Assembly: GCA_000091205.1 (NCBI GenBank)
Contig: AP006498.2
Length of the DNA: 64,000 nucleotides
Source of the DNA: Cyanidioschyzon merolae
Lineage: Eukaryota
Direction: 5' to 3' (one strand)
The position numbers and the translations under genes are program-made. Below, in pieces: positions 1 through 10,937 of this stretch. The stretch's first letter is position 1; each line of letters begins with the position of its first letter. The notes below the pieces were generated by a model. That model had not been told where the DNA came from. It saw only the letters and a list, made by a program, of their open reading frames with translations, and did not search any database.

Positions 1-273
1 AACCTTCGGATTTACTGCGGGCCAGACTATCCGACAAAACCGCCTGTTGTTTTCTTTCGCACTCGTATTAATATAAGCTGTGTGAACGGCGCAACAGGCC
101 AGGTCGATCCGACGCGTTGTGGCATTCTGCACAACTGGACGCCGGACTGCACGCTGGAGACACTGCTCGTTGAGCTGCGACGTGAAATGACTAGCGCAAC
201 CAACCGTAGACTGAACCAACCTCCAGAGGGGTCAGAGTTCCCGCCACCGCGCGACATAGAGCGGTTTGGTTAG
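1..273 (+). CDS. 3' end (partial CDS) of ubiquitin-conjugating enzyme E2 variant (UEV/MMS2/UBE2V-like); stop at 271..273
   Basis: Frame 1 translates to '...RIYCGPDYPTKPPVVFFRTRINISCVNGATGQVDPTRCGILHNWTPDCTLETLLVELRREMTSATNRRLNQPPEGSEF'. This closely matches the UEV C-terminus ('[25 protein letters not shown]...[24 protein letters not shown]'). The ORF-track start at 82 is a GTG and is internal to the gene. Confidence 0.7.
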   Translation, partial: NLRIYCGPDYPTKPPVVFFRTRINISCVNGATGQVDPTRCGILHNWTPDCTLETLLVELRREMTSATNRRLNQPPEGSEFPPPRDIERFG

Positions 274-1024
274 TGCGTTACATGGGTTTGCTCTCACAGC
301 GGTTTACCGAAAGTTCCCCAACAGAGGCGTGCACCATGATTTTTCGCGTGAAATGGTGCTAAGGATCTGATATCTTTCTCAGCGTCCGCAGGTTAGCTAG
401 GGGATGAGCCTGCTAATGATTAACGTGTACCTTTCGCGGTACCAACACAAGCGTTCACCCTTTTCATCGACGCGAACGTGTTCGAAAACGTGGTCGTCGA
501 CAGATGGCGTTCACCCGAGTTGGATGTTCAAACGTCGCAGGCGTCCGTTGGACTGGGAAAATTCGTTCACAGAGACGCTTGCAATTGCGCCCAAGAGTTG
601 TTCGAAGGGGCAGCGAAAGCGTCAGACAGCTTCCTTCCATGGGAGGCTGTTGCTTGGCACGCATGCAGAAGTTGCTCGTTTTCCGTTGGCGCGGTCGACG
701 CTCACCAGAACCTATCGCCGCGGAATTACGAGAAAATAGTCAATCTGGAACATTGTGGGATCGCATAAGTTTCCTGCTGCCTGACGGTTAGAAGAAAACC
801 TTGCACTCTCTACTTCTCACTTCGGCACTACTACGCTTTACTCGATTTTCTCTCTGTCTTCGTCTGAAAAGCCGAGCAGAGCCGGACTCGCTGCTCACTG
901 TAAAGAAGGACCGAGAATGCAATGTTTCTCGGAAACCAGCGGGCAGGCTCCATTCGGAGCTCTATTTCAAGCCACGATGACAAGGAAATGCTCGCGAGTA
1001 TCGGGCATACCGCAAAAGATGCCC

Positions 1025-1681
1025 CTAGTACAACCGATGTGGTTTGCCCATGGAGGTCTTCACGTGAATAGACTTGATGTTCTGCCACTGCTTCTTAAGA
1101 AGAGAGATTAAAAAGTTGATTGCCAGTGTAATGTTGGCGACAAGTTCATCCTCTGTCATTTGGACGTTACCCACAGCCACCGCGAGGCAGAGAACTTTCT
1201 TCAGCTGGAACTTGATCGTGGCTTTCACCTCATTAACCTTCGCCTCTACAGTTTCATTTGAGGCGATGAGAGTCGGAAACTTGCCTGCCTTGTTCAATCC
1301 AGGCCCCAGAACCCTTGGAATCTGACGTATTACAGACTCACTCGCCAGAAAGGCGTCATAGGACTTGGCAAACTTTTTGATCGGTTTCTTCTGTTTGTTG
1401 AACTGCTTGAGCTTCTCGAGGTCGTAAAAGTCTATGCCAAGGGCTGCTGCCTGTGCATTATGCGCAGCATCTCCCAAAACTGCCACTTTCATTTTCGGTC
1501 GGGGAATGTACGGCAGCTTGACGGAGCCAGAGAAACGCTTGTCTTTCTGTGGATCATAGTTTTTCAGACCAACCTGAAGCTCAACCGTTTCGACAAAGTT
1601 TCTCTTGCGCTCCTCCCTTGACTCGCGCAACATTTCCTGCACCGCAGCGCGAGTTACGGACACAGGTAGTTTGCTCGTCAT
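1025..1681 (-). CDS. RPL10A: 60S ribosomal protein L10a (uL1 family), cytosolic
   Basis: Strong full-length match to eukaryotic RPL10A ('[71 protein letters not shown]...'). The ORF-track ORF 1025..1783 has an upstream TTG start. I moved the start to the first ATG (MTSKL), revcomp of 1679..1681, giving about 218 aa. Confidence 0.9.
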   Translation of the reverse strand: MTSKLPVSVTRAAVQEMLRESREERKRNFVETVELQVGLKNYDPQKDKRFSGSVKLPYIPRPKMKVAVLGDAAHNAQAAALGIDFYDLEKLKQFNKQKKPIKKFAKSYDAFLASESVIRQIPRVLGPGLNKAGKFPTLIASNETVEAKVNEVKATIKFQLKKVLCLAVAVGNVQMTEDELVANITLAINFLISLLKKQWQNIKSIHVKTSMGKPHRLY

Positions 1682-1970
1682 GGTATACCGTCTAGTTTCT
1701 ATTCCACAGAAACTACAGAAAAGACTAGAGCGTGTCTCGACAGCAATGACGGCGCATCCGCGACGCCGGATACGAATGGACAAGGCTAGCTAAATCTGAT
1801 CAATACGAATAAAAGAGACAGCGATCGCGCCTCTAGCACGCAGGCAGTGACCTACGACCACATACACCACGCGAAACAACAACCTACGAGCTACAATTGC
1901 GCTAAAAGAACAGAAACTATCCAATAACCAGCAACTCTATAACAATTTCGTTTCATCTTCACGGCACGCG

Positions 1971-3310
1971 TTGAAAGGGAAAAGTGTTTCCCTTATTTTA
2001 GAAAGTTTGTCTTCAAGCCGGAAGGTCCCGCGAGACGGACGAGTGTTCCGGGCTTGCACTCCGTGCGCCTCTACAGTGGCGGTCGCAGTGCCGAGACCTG
2101 AACGGCTCATCTGGAATGCGTTTTATTCTGGGAATAAGGGTGGCAAGGGTGTATCCAGGTATCGCCCTGGTGGAAGTGGTCTCCTAGCACAGCTCTTTCG
2201 CGCTGCCGCATGCAGTAGGTCTGTCTGCGCAGATTGCATGCTCCAAAATGATTCTATGATCCGATTCCGTATCGGGTGCACCACGCCTTGGGCCGACGCC
2301 CTCTGTGCCATGACAAAGCCGTTTTGTCTCCGTGCTGTATCCGTACCATCCATGTAGGCGTTATTGTGGGTGCTCACGGCAGGCTCGGCGCGCGGTAGAA
2401 CGCACGTAACGACCAGTACACCCGAGAGGAAATATGGGTGATGAAACTTGAAGGTGGAGCGCAGCATGATGGACGCTTTCCACAATGCCACAACTCATCC
2501 CGCAATTTAGTGACCATGGCCATCTAAAACGATTTCTCAAACAAAAAGGTTCGCATAATGGAGCGATCATTACGTTACACTATGAAAAACACTCGTTCTT
2601 TGGGGTTCAGCTATGGGCATTACGGAGGAATGAAAAGTAGCTCTACCCCCGATAGAATCCGCAAAAGCTCGAACGCAACGGAAATCGTGAAATGCCAGGT
2701 TGTCCAGTAGAAGCACATCAGCAGATGTGAGGGAAAAGTCTCCAATGATTGGATCATGTGGGTGCTATTTCATGAGCCTTCTCTGCGAGAGAATCCGAGG
2801 CCGCCAAATATATCCACTGCAGCTAGAACAGATGATGAAATCTTTCTCTTGGAGTTCGATCTTATATACAACTGGCGCCTTCTATGCGAATACCCATATA
2901 CAATCCGACCGTTTCGTCCGAACGGAGTCTTACCGACTAAGTAAACGGACCGACGTGCCTGTGCTTCCCAGCGATCGAGACGTCCCAGTAACTCTGTCGT
3001 TGCGATATCGGTGGAAGATGGTGGTGCATGAAACTCAACTTTTTTGCGACTGTATCCCTGTGTATTCAGGACCACACGAACAAGCTGCTGAGTACCAGAC
3101 ACGCCCGTGGTCGCTACCATCGTACGGTTTGATTTCTCTAAAGTGATCAACATATCGTTTTCTACCATTGACCGCAAGCACGCTTCGAGAATATCGGTTA
3201 CTGGCTCGGAGCGCATACACGTTTTTCTTTCAGTTTTCCTCAAACATTTGCGCACTGTGGTATGGCTTACTTGAAGGGGCAAGGCAGTCCTCCTTGCACT
3301 CTTCAACAGA
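1971..3310 (-). mobile_element. Tc1/mariner-like transposon relic: degenerate transposase (2700..3306, minus) plus an associated 3' repeat segment (about 1971..2500)
   Basis: The minus-strand ORF 2770..3306 has an HTH-like N-terminus ('ITLEKSNRTMVATTGVSGTQQLVRVVLNTQGYSRKKV') followed by '...SSVLAAVDIFGGLGFS', resembling the Tc1 'GGSVMVWGCFS' region. Homologous fragments occur at 14152..14639, 32514..32699 and 63050..63244. The 1971..2500 segment ('GCTTPWADALCAMTKPFCLRA') recurs at 33432..33767 in the same relative position and orientation. All copies are short and degenerate. Confidence 0.4.
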
Positions 3311-3607
3311 GCATATATCCTATAGGTAATTCGCCTACGATCTAAATGTTACATTCATTAGAGATTTCTGTCTCCTTCTCCACCCCGCAACGATGGTGAA
3401 CCAAAATTGAGTTGAAAGATTACAAGCGACGGCCGTTCCGTGGCCGCAGCTGCTGTGTCCGAATTTACCAAGATCGAGAGCCGTTACGCTTCTGTGCCTG
3501 GCCCTGAGCTCAAACAGCTACGTTTACGTACATACGTTGCAGTGGGTTATGTGAGCACAACTTTAGGCGTCTTACTTTTTCTCACTAGCGCACCAGGATT
3601 TTTCCTA

Positions 3608-4243
3608 ATGAGCAGTCAGGAAATACCATGCAGTTCGCAAAACACTCGAATCGAGTTTGGAAGAGCAGCGAAGCGCTTGCAGTCAGAGCTGTCGTCTCTT
3701 ATGTTGGAAAGCGTACCGGGCGTATCCGCTTTTCCTGAGTCTGACGACATATTGACCTGGAGAGGCACGATTCGTGGCACCGAGCACTCACCATATTCAG
3801 GTATGCGTTTCCATCTGGCACTCAAGTTCCCGCAGAACTATCCATTTTCGCCACCAACGGTCACTTTTGTTACTCGTTGCTTCCACCCGAACATAGACTA
3901 TGCGAGCGGGACCATATGCCTCGATATCCTCAAGGAGCACTGGAGCTCAACATTTACCGTGAAAACTATTCTCTTAAGCATACAGTCTCTTCTCGATGAG
4001 CCCAACGTTGAAAGCCCGCTGAACGTGCAAGCCGCGGGCCTCTGGGAGACAGACCCGCGCGAGTTTCGCGAAGTTTGCATTGCCAAGTATGAGGAAGCAA
4101 CTGGTGAGAAGATCGTTTCTGCAGATTACAGCCAAAGGAACGAGGGGAAGTCGGAGCAGCATGCTCGCAGGGTTCCCGCACCCTTGTATAAATCAAATCC
4201 CATGGTTGCGAACCGGGTGCATCGTTACCGAAACCAAAGTTAG
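3608..4243 (+). CDS. UBE2C: Ubiquitin-conjugating enzyme E2 C-like (UBE2C/UbcH10 family), with an extended C-terminal tail
   Basis: 'GVSAFPESDDILTWRGTIRGTEHSPYSGMRFHLALKFPQNYPFSPPTVTFVTRCFHPNIDYASGTICLDILKEHWSSTFTVKTILLSIQSLLDEPNVESPLN' matches the UBC fold with the HPN motif and the active-site Cys, and is closest to UBE2C ('GISAFPESDNLFKW...ILLSIQSLLGEPN'). The ORF-track ORF starts at 3440. I chose the ATG at 3608 (MSSQEIP...) as the more plausible start. Confidence 0.8.
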   Translation: MSSQEIPCSSQNTRIEFGRAAKRLQSELSSLMLESVPGVSAFPESDDILTWRGTIRGTEHSPYSGMRFHLALKFPQNYPFSPPTVTFVTRCFHPNIDYASGTICLDILKEHWSSTFTVKTILLSIQSLLDEPNVESPLNVQAAGLWETDPREFREVCIAKYEEATGEKIVSADYSQRNEGKSEQHARRVPAPLYKSNPMVANRVHRYRNQS

Positions 4244-4623
4244 TCGACTGCATTCAAGAGCGCACATACTGCGCTCTCCACTAAGCAGCTCTCTAGCCGA
4301 TTGGAAAATCCCACTCGGAGCACGTTCGCTGACGTGCACGCACTCAGATTTAGAACGGTATGCCGTTTCCTGTATCGTGTTGGCAGATGGCAATCGAATT
4401 CTCTTTCATACGACATAGCCCCCGATCGCGGGGCATTCGAGGCGCACGTGGCGAGCTCCAGCCCGAGCCGATGTTCGCACAGAAGCTGGAGCTGTGGTAA
4501 TCGGTGCGTCGCTTCTATTTTATCTTGCTCGAGGACCAACGATTGCGCTGAGTCGCAGGGATAAATATATAAACGGAATTCGTCTGCCATTGACTAACAC
4601 GATCTGCGGCGTTCTGCTGGGCG

Positions 4624-5769
4624 CTACTCAAACCACAGTCTTCTGTGGGAGATGAAATCGAGATGCAGAAGCGATGTGGCTGATTCGGCTTCAGGAAAAA
4701 GGTTCTGAGTAAGGAAACGGCGCAGACCTACGATGATTATCATTTCCTCCTCTGTGAGTTGATCTATTTCATCCGTATCTCGTTCAAGGAGTCGGAACGG
4801 TATAAGCACAGGTTGCTCTTCGAGGGTCCTGAGCCGCCTTAGCCCTATTCCTGGTGTCTTCGCTAGAGTGCGGCTATCAATCTTAAGCGTCCGATTATTA
4901 TCGTCGGCCCGATTTGCTGCTGTTTCGGGTCGTGCTGTTCTCGACCGAACTATCAGCGCCCTGAAACGCCAGTCGAGGAACTGCTGATGATCCCGAGTTT
5001 CACTCTCTCGCACCCTGCAAGATAGTTTCGCACTTGAAAACTGCTCTAGCATGCGAATAGCAGAGTTGGTATCAGGAACCCAAATCACGGCGAAGGTATC
5101 CATGGGGAAGAAGTGCCCATGCTTATCGAAATGTCCTGGAACTTCATCTGTGAAAACCGGGCACTGCGGGTAGAACTCGCGGTATATGAACCATTCCAAT
5201 TCCGCTAACACATGAAGCAGGGTAGAATCTGACAGAAGTGGCAGTTTTCTGCCAAGTCTGGTGCGAAACTCGAACTCATTACTAATACTGGAAGTTGCAT
5301 TCTGCGAGACAAAGCTCAGAGGGATTTGGCAGAGAACAACTTTGCGCTTTGCGGTACATACCCCCTCTTGGGGTTGCTTGGCTGCCTGCTCCACTGAAGT
5401 TCCAGAGCAACCCGCCTCATGAGTGCTCGGTCGTAAAAAGTGGCGCACCCTGCTGAGAAGCCTCGAAACGGAAGCCGCTGACACCGAAGACAGGTCCGTC
5501 GACGACTCACCTGCACCTATTATCTCATTCCAGCAACTGCCACCCGGTTGGTAGCTGATATCGGCAAGAGCAGCGCTGACCTCAGCCGCGTCTACGAACA
5601 GAACCTCAGTCTGGGAGGCTGCGATCCAAAAGTCACAGTTCTCCAAAACGATACTAGAGGGGTCCCGCACGAGCGCTCGAAAACGGTAGGTTTCTTCTCC
5701 ATCGAGTAGCTCAGCGAGCAGTTCGGTTCCTTCGAGTCGTGAGCTACATAGCAAGTAAGGGCACTTCAT
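4624..5769 (-). CDS. Hypothetical protein of 381 aa with no confident family assignment
   Basis: Long uninterrupted ORF with a genuine ATG (revcomp of 5767..5769). It contains 'PGHFDKHGHFFPMDTFAVIWVPD', which I do not recognise with confidence. Confidence 0.4.
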   Translation of the reverse strand: MKCPYLLCSSRLEGTELLAELLDGEETYRFRALVRDPSSIVLENCDFWIAASQTEVLFVDAAEVSAALADISYQPGGSCWNEIIGAGESSTDLSSVSAASVSRLLSRVRHFLRPSTHEAGCSGTSVEQAAKQPQEGVCTAKRKVVLCQIPLSFVSQNATSSISNEFEFRTRLGRKLPLLSDSTLLHVLAELEWFIYREFYPQCPVFTDEVPGHFDKHGHFFPMDTFAVIWVPDTNSAIRMLEQFSSAKLSCRVRESETRDHQQFLDWRFRALIVRSRTARPETAANRADDNNRTLKIDSRTLAKTPGIGLRRLRTLEEQPVLIPFRLLERDTDEIDQLTEEEMIIIVGLRRFLTQNLFPEAESATSLLHLDFISHRRLWFE

Positions 5770-6285
5770 CGTCCAGCGAGCGACGTGCTCGGCTCAAAAG
5801 CCTGTCGTTCGCAGAGATCCATCGGGGTGGGCGTCTGCTAGGACAGCGCTCGCGCATCTGCGGACGCTACGACTTGCGGCAAATTGAATTGCGGAGTGCT
5901 GGATCATCGGCGCCACGCGACCCGACGCCGCAGTGGTGTAACAAGCCGCTAAGCATACCGATAGCTATCGTGCAAATGAGGATAGCTGGATCTTGAAGAA
6001 ATTCCGAAACACTCAAAATACGGAATCGCTACGGCACGCATGCGCATCAATGTGAGAATAAAATGGAACGGATCCTCTACTTCGGACGAACACACTAAAG
6101 TTTCTAACCTCCTGATGCCACCAACACCAGCTTTTTCGGGTTTTTTTCTGCGTTTGCTACTCTTTCCTCTTTTTTGTACCAGGTTATAAATCCGCTGATC
6201 ACTCCTTTCCGTCCAGCTATTTGTCAGCAGTTGGCAGTCGTCGATGGCAGCGTTAGGATCCTGAGTTCGCTGCTTGTAGCTTTCG

Positions 6286-6753
6286 TCAACTCATTTCGAG
6301 CACAGGCGGCAGATGCGATCTTCGTTTCGCTCGCCATTTTCGTCTTCTGTGTATACAGCCACGATGTACCTTTGGTAGCACAGAAACTGCACCGCGGTCA
6401 ATTGTCCTCATATTAAAAACATCTCTTTTTCCGAGGGCCGCACTGTACAGCGTAAAAGCTTGCTTCATTTCTTGGTACACACTTTTCACGGGTTCAGAAG
6501 GTTCTTCTCGATGCCATCCGCCGTTTCCGCACCCGGTGCCGTATGCTATGATCACGAACTTCTCGCGCGCGATGCGCTCAGCGAGTAGCCTGTCCGCTGC
6601 ACGCGCATATAGACGCTTCCCGTTGGAGAACTCGCCATACCTTTCCTTGCACCCACTTCGTTTTCTGCAAACTCTACAACCCAACGTAACGTTGAGCGTT
6701 GCGGGCATCGATGTGCCTTGGCCACTTGCAGGCATCGTGTCCACACGTTCCAC
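6286..6753 (-). pseudogene. Degenerate TnpB/Fanzor-like (family 2) C-terminal fragment
   Basis: 'FVIIAYGTGCGNGGW' recurs at 35356..35583 ('LVIVLYGIGHGNEG') and 43859.. ('MIVGYGTGYGNGV'). It corresponds positionally to 'LVVAYGAGRW', which lies upstream of the RuvC-II region of the family-1 Fanzor copies. Confidence 0.35.
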
Positions 6754-7548
6754 TCACACAAGCTGATGCGGGTAAGGCTTCTGAGCCTCCCTACTGCTTC
6801 CGTCGCTCGACGTACCGTTCTCTTACCTGCCCGGTTTCGTTGAGACGAAGACAATTGGTGCGCGAATTGGACGCCCAGCTGTAAGTGCAAATTAGGCGAT
6901 TCGAAATTCTTGTCTTCAAAGCGTTGTCGGTTGTCAAAGTAGGATTTACTCGAATTCGGTGCTGACAGAAACGCTGGTGTGGAGATGTGCACTCCATGAG
7001 GTCAAGCCTGTGCAGATCGCATTGGGGAGTAAATTCGCAGCGCTATACTTCTGTACGGCTTGTTTCCCCTCGGCTATGTCCTCTTCTAACTAGTGGTGCA
7101 TTTGAGTTCTGACGGGTCATGGAGCGCGTGGGACGTTCGCTATCGATGGCAATGGATACAATCACGCGATCGGTCTCGATAGAGCACCGTGTCTCCTCGA
7201 TATACCGCCAGACTCCTGTTCCTCATTTTTTCGTTCTCTTTCGCACCTTGCTTTATCTGACAGAGCTTTTCCTTTCTCAAACGGTTCAAGATTGCCTGAG
7301 AAGCTCCAGAAAAAGGCTCCAAATATTGCTTCATAAACTCCAGGTCGTCGATCAGCACCTCTTCTACGCCGCACCTTCCGTTCTCCATCGGACGCATCCG
7401 CACCCTGTCTGCGTTGGCAAGCCTCTTCACAATAAAGCAAGAAAGGCGCAAAGCGAGGCGATACTACCAGCGAACCAGAGATGTGTTCGGAAAAGATGGA
7501 GGCCTCTGCCATCAGGAGTTCTGGAAAACCACTCCATCTACAGAAGCA

Positions 7549-8619
7549 TCATTGCTTTCTTGGACGGTTACTTGCAGGTTGCAGGTCTATCTTCTTCTTG
7601 GTGTCTTCGTCTTTCTCGGATATTCCGTAGAGTTGCATCACGCTTTCCATATCTTCCGAGCCAATGGGCTTCAGCACAGCTCCCGTTGTGAAGAATGCGT
7701 CCATGCCGCCCAGGCCAATGACCGTGTCGCCGCTCTCTCTCCTCCCCGTAATCGGGACCTTCATGTGCCCATCGGGTTGAATTCTTAATTTTTTCAAGTT
7801 CGACGTACGTACTTTTCTGTCTACATACTTCTTTGTTTTATCCAGGCCATTATGAGTCACCATGCGAGTGAGGATCTCGACATCCGCAAACCCGTTCAAC
7901 TTGGAAGCCGATGTGCGTGTGGCGTCGATGGAAGCATTGAGCGCATGAGGTGTTTCCGGTATGCGCTCCGGCAGAGTGAGGACATGCAAGGCCGTAAGTG
8001 TCAGCAACGCCTCTAAGAAGTACCCGACTTTTACAAGAATCCCGCCGCACATGATGTTTGCGGTTACGATGGTGAGGTAAGCGCATCGCTGGAGCATGGT
8101 GCGAAAAAAAACATATTCCTGGACGCCAGCTGTCTGTTCCGGCGACAGCAACTACGTTCCGAGGTATCCCTTTATGATCATAGTGTCGCAGAGCAGCGAT
8201 GAGAACAGCTCCTCGTCCCAGAGAACGCCGAAGCAGTAATCTTCCTGTAGGAACGCGTTTCGTATGGTGCTGCCACATTCTCTGCGAGCGACAAACAGCT
8301 CTCTTCGAAACCAGCTGGGATCTTTTGGCGAGTCTTTCACAGTTGTTTCCCTGGCATACCTGGTTTGTACGGGCTGCGTGCCTCCATTAATAAACAGGTC
8401 ATTAATCCGTATCCTTAATGCATTATTTTCCGTTTTTGGTATGCCTCTTCTAGAATCCACGATTAGAGAACGTCGGCGACTTCTTGCAAAACCTGCGCAG
8501 GCGAGTGCGGCAGCCGCAGTCGCTATGCCATGAGCGTCGAGCACTTGTTCGTTTCGGGGACGATCTTTATGATGGAAACTTGCATTTGATTCCATGAAAC
8601 AGCTTTTCAAGGTCCCCAA
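7549..8619 (-). other. 1.07-kb reading frame on the minus strand interrupted by a single in-frame TAG (8152..8154). Either an intron-containing or pseudogenised host gene, or the middle part of the degenerate family-2 TnpB-like element spanning 6286..9164
   Basis: ORFs 8152..8619 and 7549..8151 are in the same frame and separated only by a TAG. The protein contains 'DTVIGLGGMDAFFTTGAV', which weakly resembles the family-1 RuvC-I region 'FVVGLDTGKTNIMAITA'. It lies between family-2 N-terminal (8650..9164) and C-terminal (6286..6753) relics on the same strand. Confidence 0.25.
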
Positions 8620-8649
8620 ACGACATATTCGTGTTTAACCATGGGGAAT

Positions 8650-9164
8650 AAGTTGTAATGTATACGATGATAAATGCTTTGTTCACTGGCGTCTACCAAA
8701 GAGAAGAGGGTTGGTGGAACGTGATGTTGTCCGTGATGAAACAAGTACCGGGAGGAAAATACAACCAGGAGAATAAGTCGACCAATCTGGATTCGTCAAC
8801 GCACTCTTCATGTCCAGCGGTGGCGCAATCTCTACCGAAAATGATCGCCACTATAGCTTAAGTCCGATCCCAAGTCAACTGTCCATGCAAACAGAAGAGA
8901 TGGGAGCCTCCCGGAGTAAATATTTTGAGCGGCATCATCATGCAGAGGAGTGGTGTTGCATCGATGGAAGCGAAGAAGGGATCATTTTTATCAGAGCGAA
9001 ACCCATTATTTGGCGTGACAAGTTCAGTGTGCTTTCGGCATGAGCTTGTGAAGGAGTCTTCAAGCGACGGCGTCGCGTTTTTCTCGTCGCCATTCCAGCG
9101 GCGCGAATCGCTGCGCTCTCGAGTTGCCATCAAAGAAAAAACCAACAGCTTGAAGAACGCTTGA
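8650..9164 (-). repeat. Dispersed repeat X, inferred to be the N-terminal part of the family-2 TnpB-like element (sense strand is minus here)
   Basis: Minus-strand 'LEDSFTSSCRKHTELVTPNNGF...LFCLHGQLTWDRT' is homologous to 35052..35324 (+) 'LEDWFASSYRKFTELGTSSNGF' and to 43150..43707 (+) 'VFCFHGKASWTRT'. It always lies immediately 5' of, and co-oriented with, a family-2 RuvC-like fragment. Confidence 0.4.
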
Positions 9165-9623
9165 TTTGAGCAAGCAACTCGTAAGGAGAGAAGCAGCGTG
9201 GTAGCTGGACCGTATGAACTGGGTGCTGATATGGATTAGTATACAAACCCTCTTTCCAGTCTGTGGCGATTCATCTTGATTCCAGTGGCTTGAGGAATTC
9301 CAGCGTCAACGCCTCAAAGGAGCCAGTTCGAAGCGACGATCGATTAGCCAAAATCTACGTGCAAAACCTTTAGCGGTAAATACGGCACTTAAATGCCTTG
9401 GCTGCACAGCTAAAAAAGTTCAGAAAAAATCGAAAGGCAGAACTTAGCGATTAGTTCATCTTTACCTGCCGCGGCGGCTAGATCCGGGATGGTACGCTCG
9501 GTAAGATCTTGCTGCAGATTCCAAACTAGGTAGTGGTCAGCACAGCGTTTCAACGTGCTCGACGAACAGACGAATCTGCAAAAAAACCCTGACGTCGTAC
9601 GCATAGGGCCGAGGTGTTGGTCT

Positions 9624-10937
9624 ATGTCACTGGTCAAGGACGAGAGCACGGAAACGAGGTTTGTTCCGCTAGAGCGTGCACCGCGGAACGTTTTCAAGCG
9701 GGAAGTATTCAGTTACAAAGATGAGCAGTTTCCGGAAACCCAAGGTCCCAGGGCCGGAAACATTGCCAAAATCGTGCACTGGAGGAACTGCTTCCCACTT
9801 CCTATCGAGTACTCGGTGTATTTATGCGATCCTCTTTTGAGGGCCGAGAACGCCCTCCTGGGTGAGTGCTTGCTACCGGCGAACTTGTCGAGGAGGTTTT
9901 GCGTCGTTGACGATTCCGTTTGGGCAATATATGGAGAAAAATTGAAGGCATACTTTGATGAACGAAATATAGCATCTAAATATGTGGTCTTACCAGGAGG
10001 GGAAGAACATAAAAACATTGGCGCTGTGTTCCAAGTGTTGGATGCCCTTTGTGACTTTGGTCTTCACCGTAGGGAACCGATTCTAGCTATTGGCGGCGGC
10101 GTGGTCCTCGATATTGCGGGATTCGCAGCATCCCTCTATAGGCGTGGTGTTCCCTATATTCGGGTGCCCACGACATTGCTTGCAATCGTTGATGCCAGCG
10201 TCGGCGTCAAAACTGGAATAGACTATACGCATACTGTGACTGACGAACATTTCAAGAACAGGATGGGTGCGTTCTACGCCCCAGTCGCATCATTTTTGGA
10301 CAAAACGTTCGTCGCTACCCAGGACGAAAGACAAATCATTAATGGGCTCGGAGAAATCTTGAAACTGGCCCTTGTTCGCTCTGCAGAGCTCTTCGCTCTT
10401 CTGGAAGAGCACGCAGCAGATTTGGTTCGTATGAAGTTCCAGCAATCGTTTGTGCCGGACCGTGTAATCGAGCTCAGTGTCGAAATCATGCTTGAAGAGT
10501 TAGGGCCGAACCTTTGGGAACAGAAGCTCGAACGATGTGTCGACTATGGCCACACATTTAGCAAAGTGCTCGAAATGAAATGTTTAGGTGAACTCTGCCA
10601 TGGAGAGGCGGTTAACATCGATGGATTTTTCTGTGTCCTACTCAGCGAAGGCCGTGGATGGCTGGATAGCAGGACAAGGAACCGCATCCTGCGTGTTATG
10701 CGTGATTGCTGCCGACTTCCATTCTATCATCCACTCTGCGAGGACGTGGACACTATGTGGCAGGCTGTTATGGATGGGATCGAACATCGCGATGGGCTGC
10801 AGAGGATTCCTCTCATTTACCACGAAATTGGTCGGTGCACTTTTGTGAACGACTTGACAAAGGATGAAATTAAGGTCGCAGCCCAAAAGCTGGTACATAT
10901 CAAGAAGAACTTGTCCGAAGCGCAGGCGTCTCAATAA
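9624..10937 (+). CDS. Stand-alone 3-dehydroquinate synthase-like protein (sugar-phosphate cyclase superfamily), about 437 aa
   Basis: 'VVLPGGEEHKNIGAVFQVLDALCDFGLHRREPILAIGGGVVLDIAGFAASLYRRGVPYIRVPTTLLAIVDASVGVKTGID...NRMGAFYAP...CHGEAVNID' carries the DHQS hallmark motifs GGGxxxDxxGFAA, VPTT, KTG and HGEAV. The ORF-track start at 9555 is a GTG. The first ATG is at 9624. Confidence 0.7.
   Translation: MSLVKDESTETRFVPLERAPRNVFKREVFSYKDEQFPETQGPRAGNIAKIVHWRNCFPLPIEYSVYLCDPLLRAENALLGECLLPANLSRRFCVVDDSVWAIYGEKLKAYFDERNIASKYVVLPGGEEHKNIGAVFQVLDALCDFGLHRREPILAIGGGVVLDIAGFAASLYRRGVPYIRVPTTLLAIVDASVGVKTGIDYTHTVTDEHFKNRMGAFYAPVASFLDKTFVATQDERQIINGLGEILKLALVRSAELFALLEEHAADLVRMKFQQSFVPDRVIELSVEIMLEELGPNLWEQKLERCVDYGHTFSKVLEMKCLGELCHGEAVNIDGFFCVLLSEGRGWLDSRTRNRILRVMRDCCRLPFYHPLCEDVDTMWQAVMDGIEHRDGLQRIPLIYHEIGRCTFVNDLTKDEIKVAAQKLVHIKKNLSEAQASQ

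Noticed and set aside
404-791. Three mutually overlapping ORFs in different frames (404..739, 478..768, 504..791, plus antisense 464..664)
   Set aside because: GC-rich non-coding sequence gives open frames in every phase. None has a recognisable product, and they cannot all be real. Treated as intergenic.
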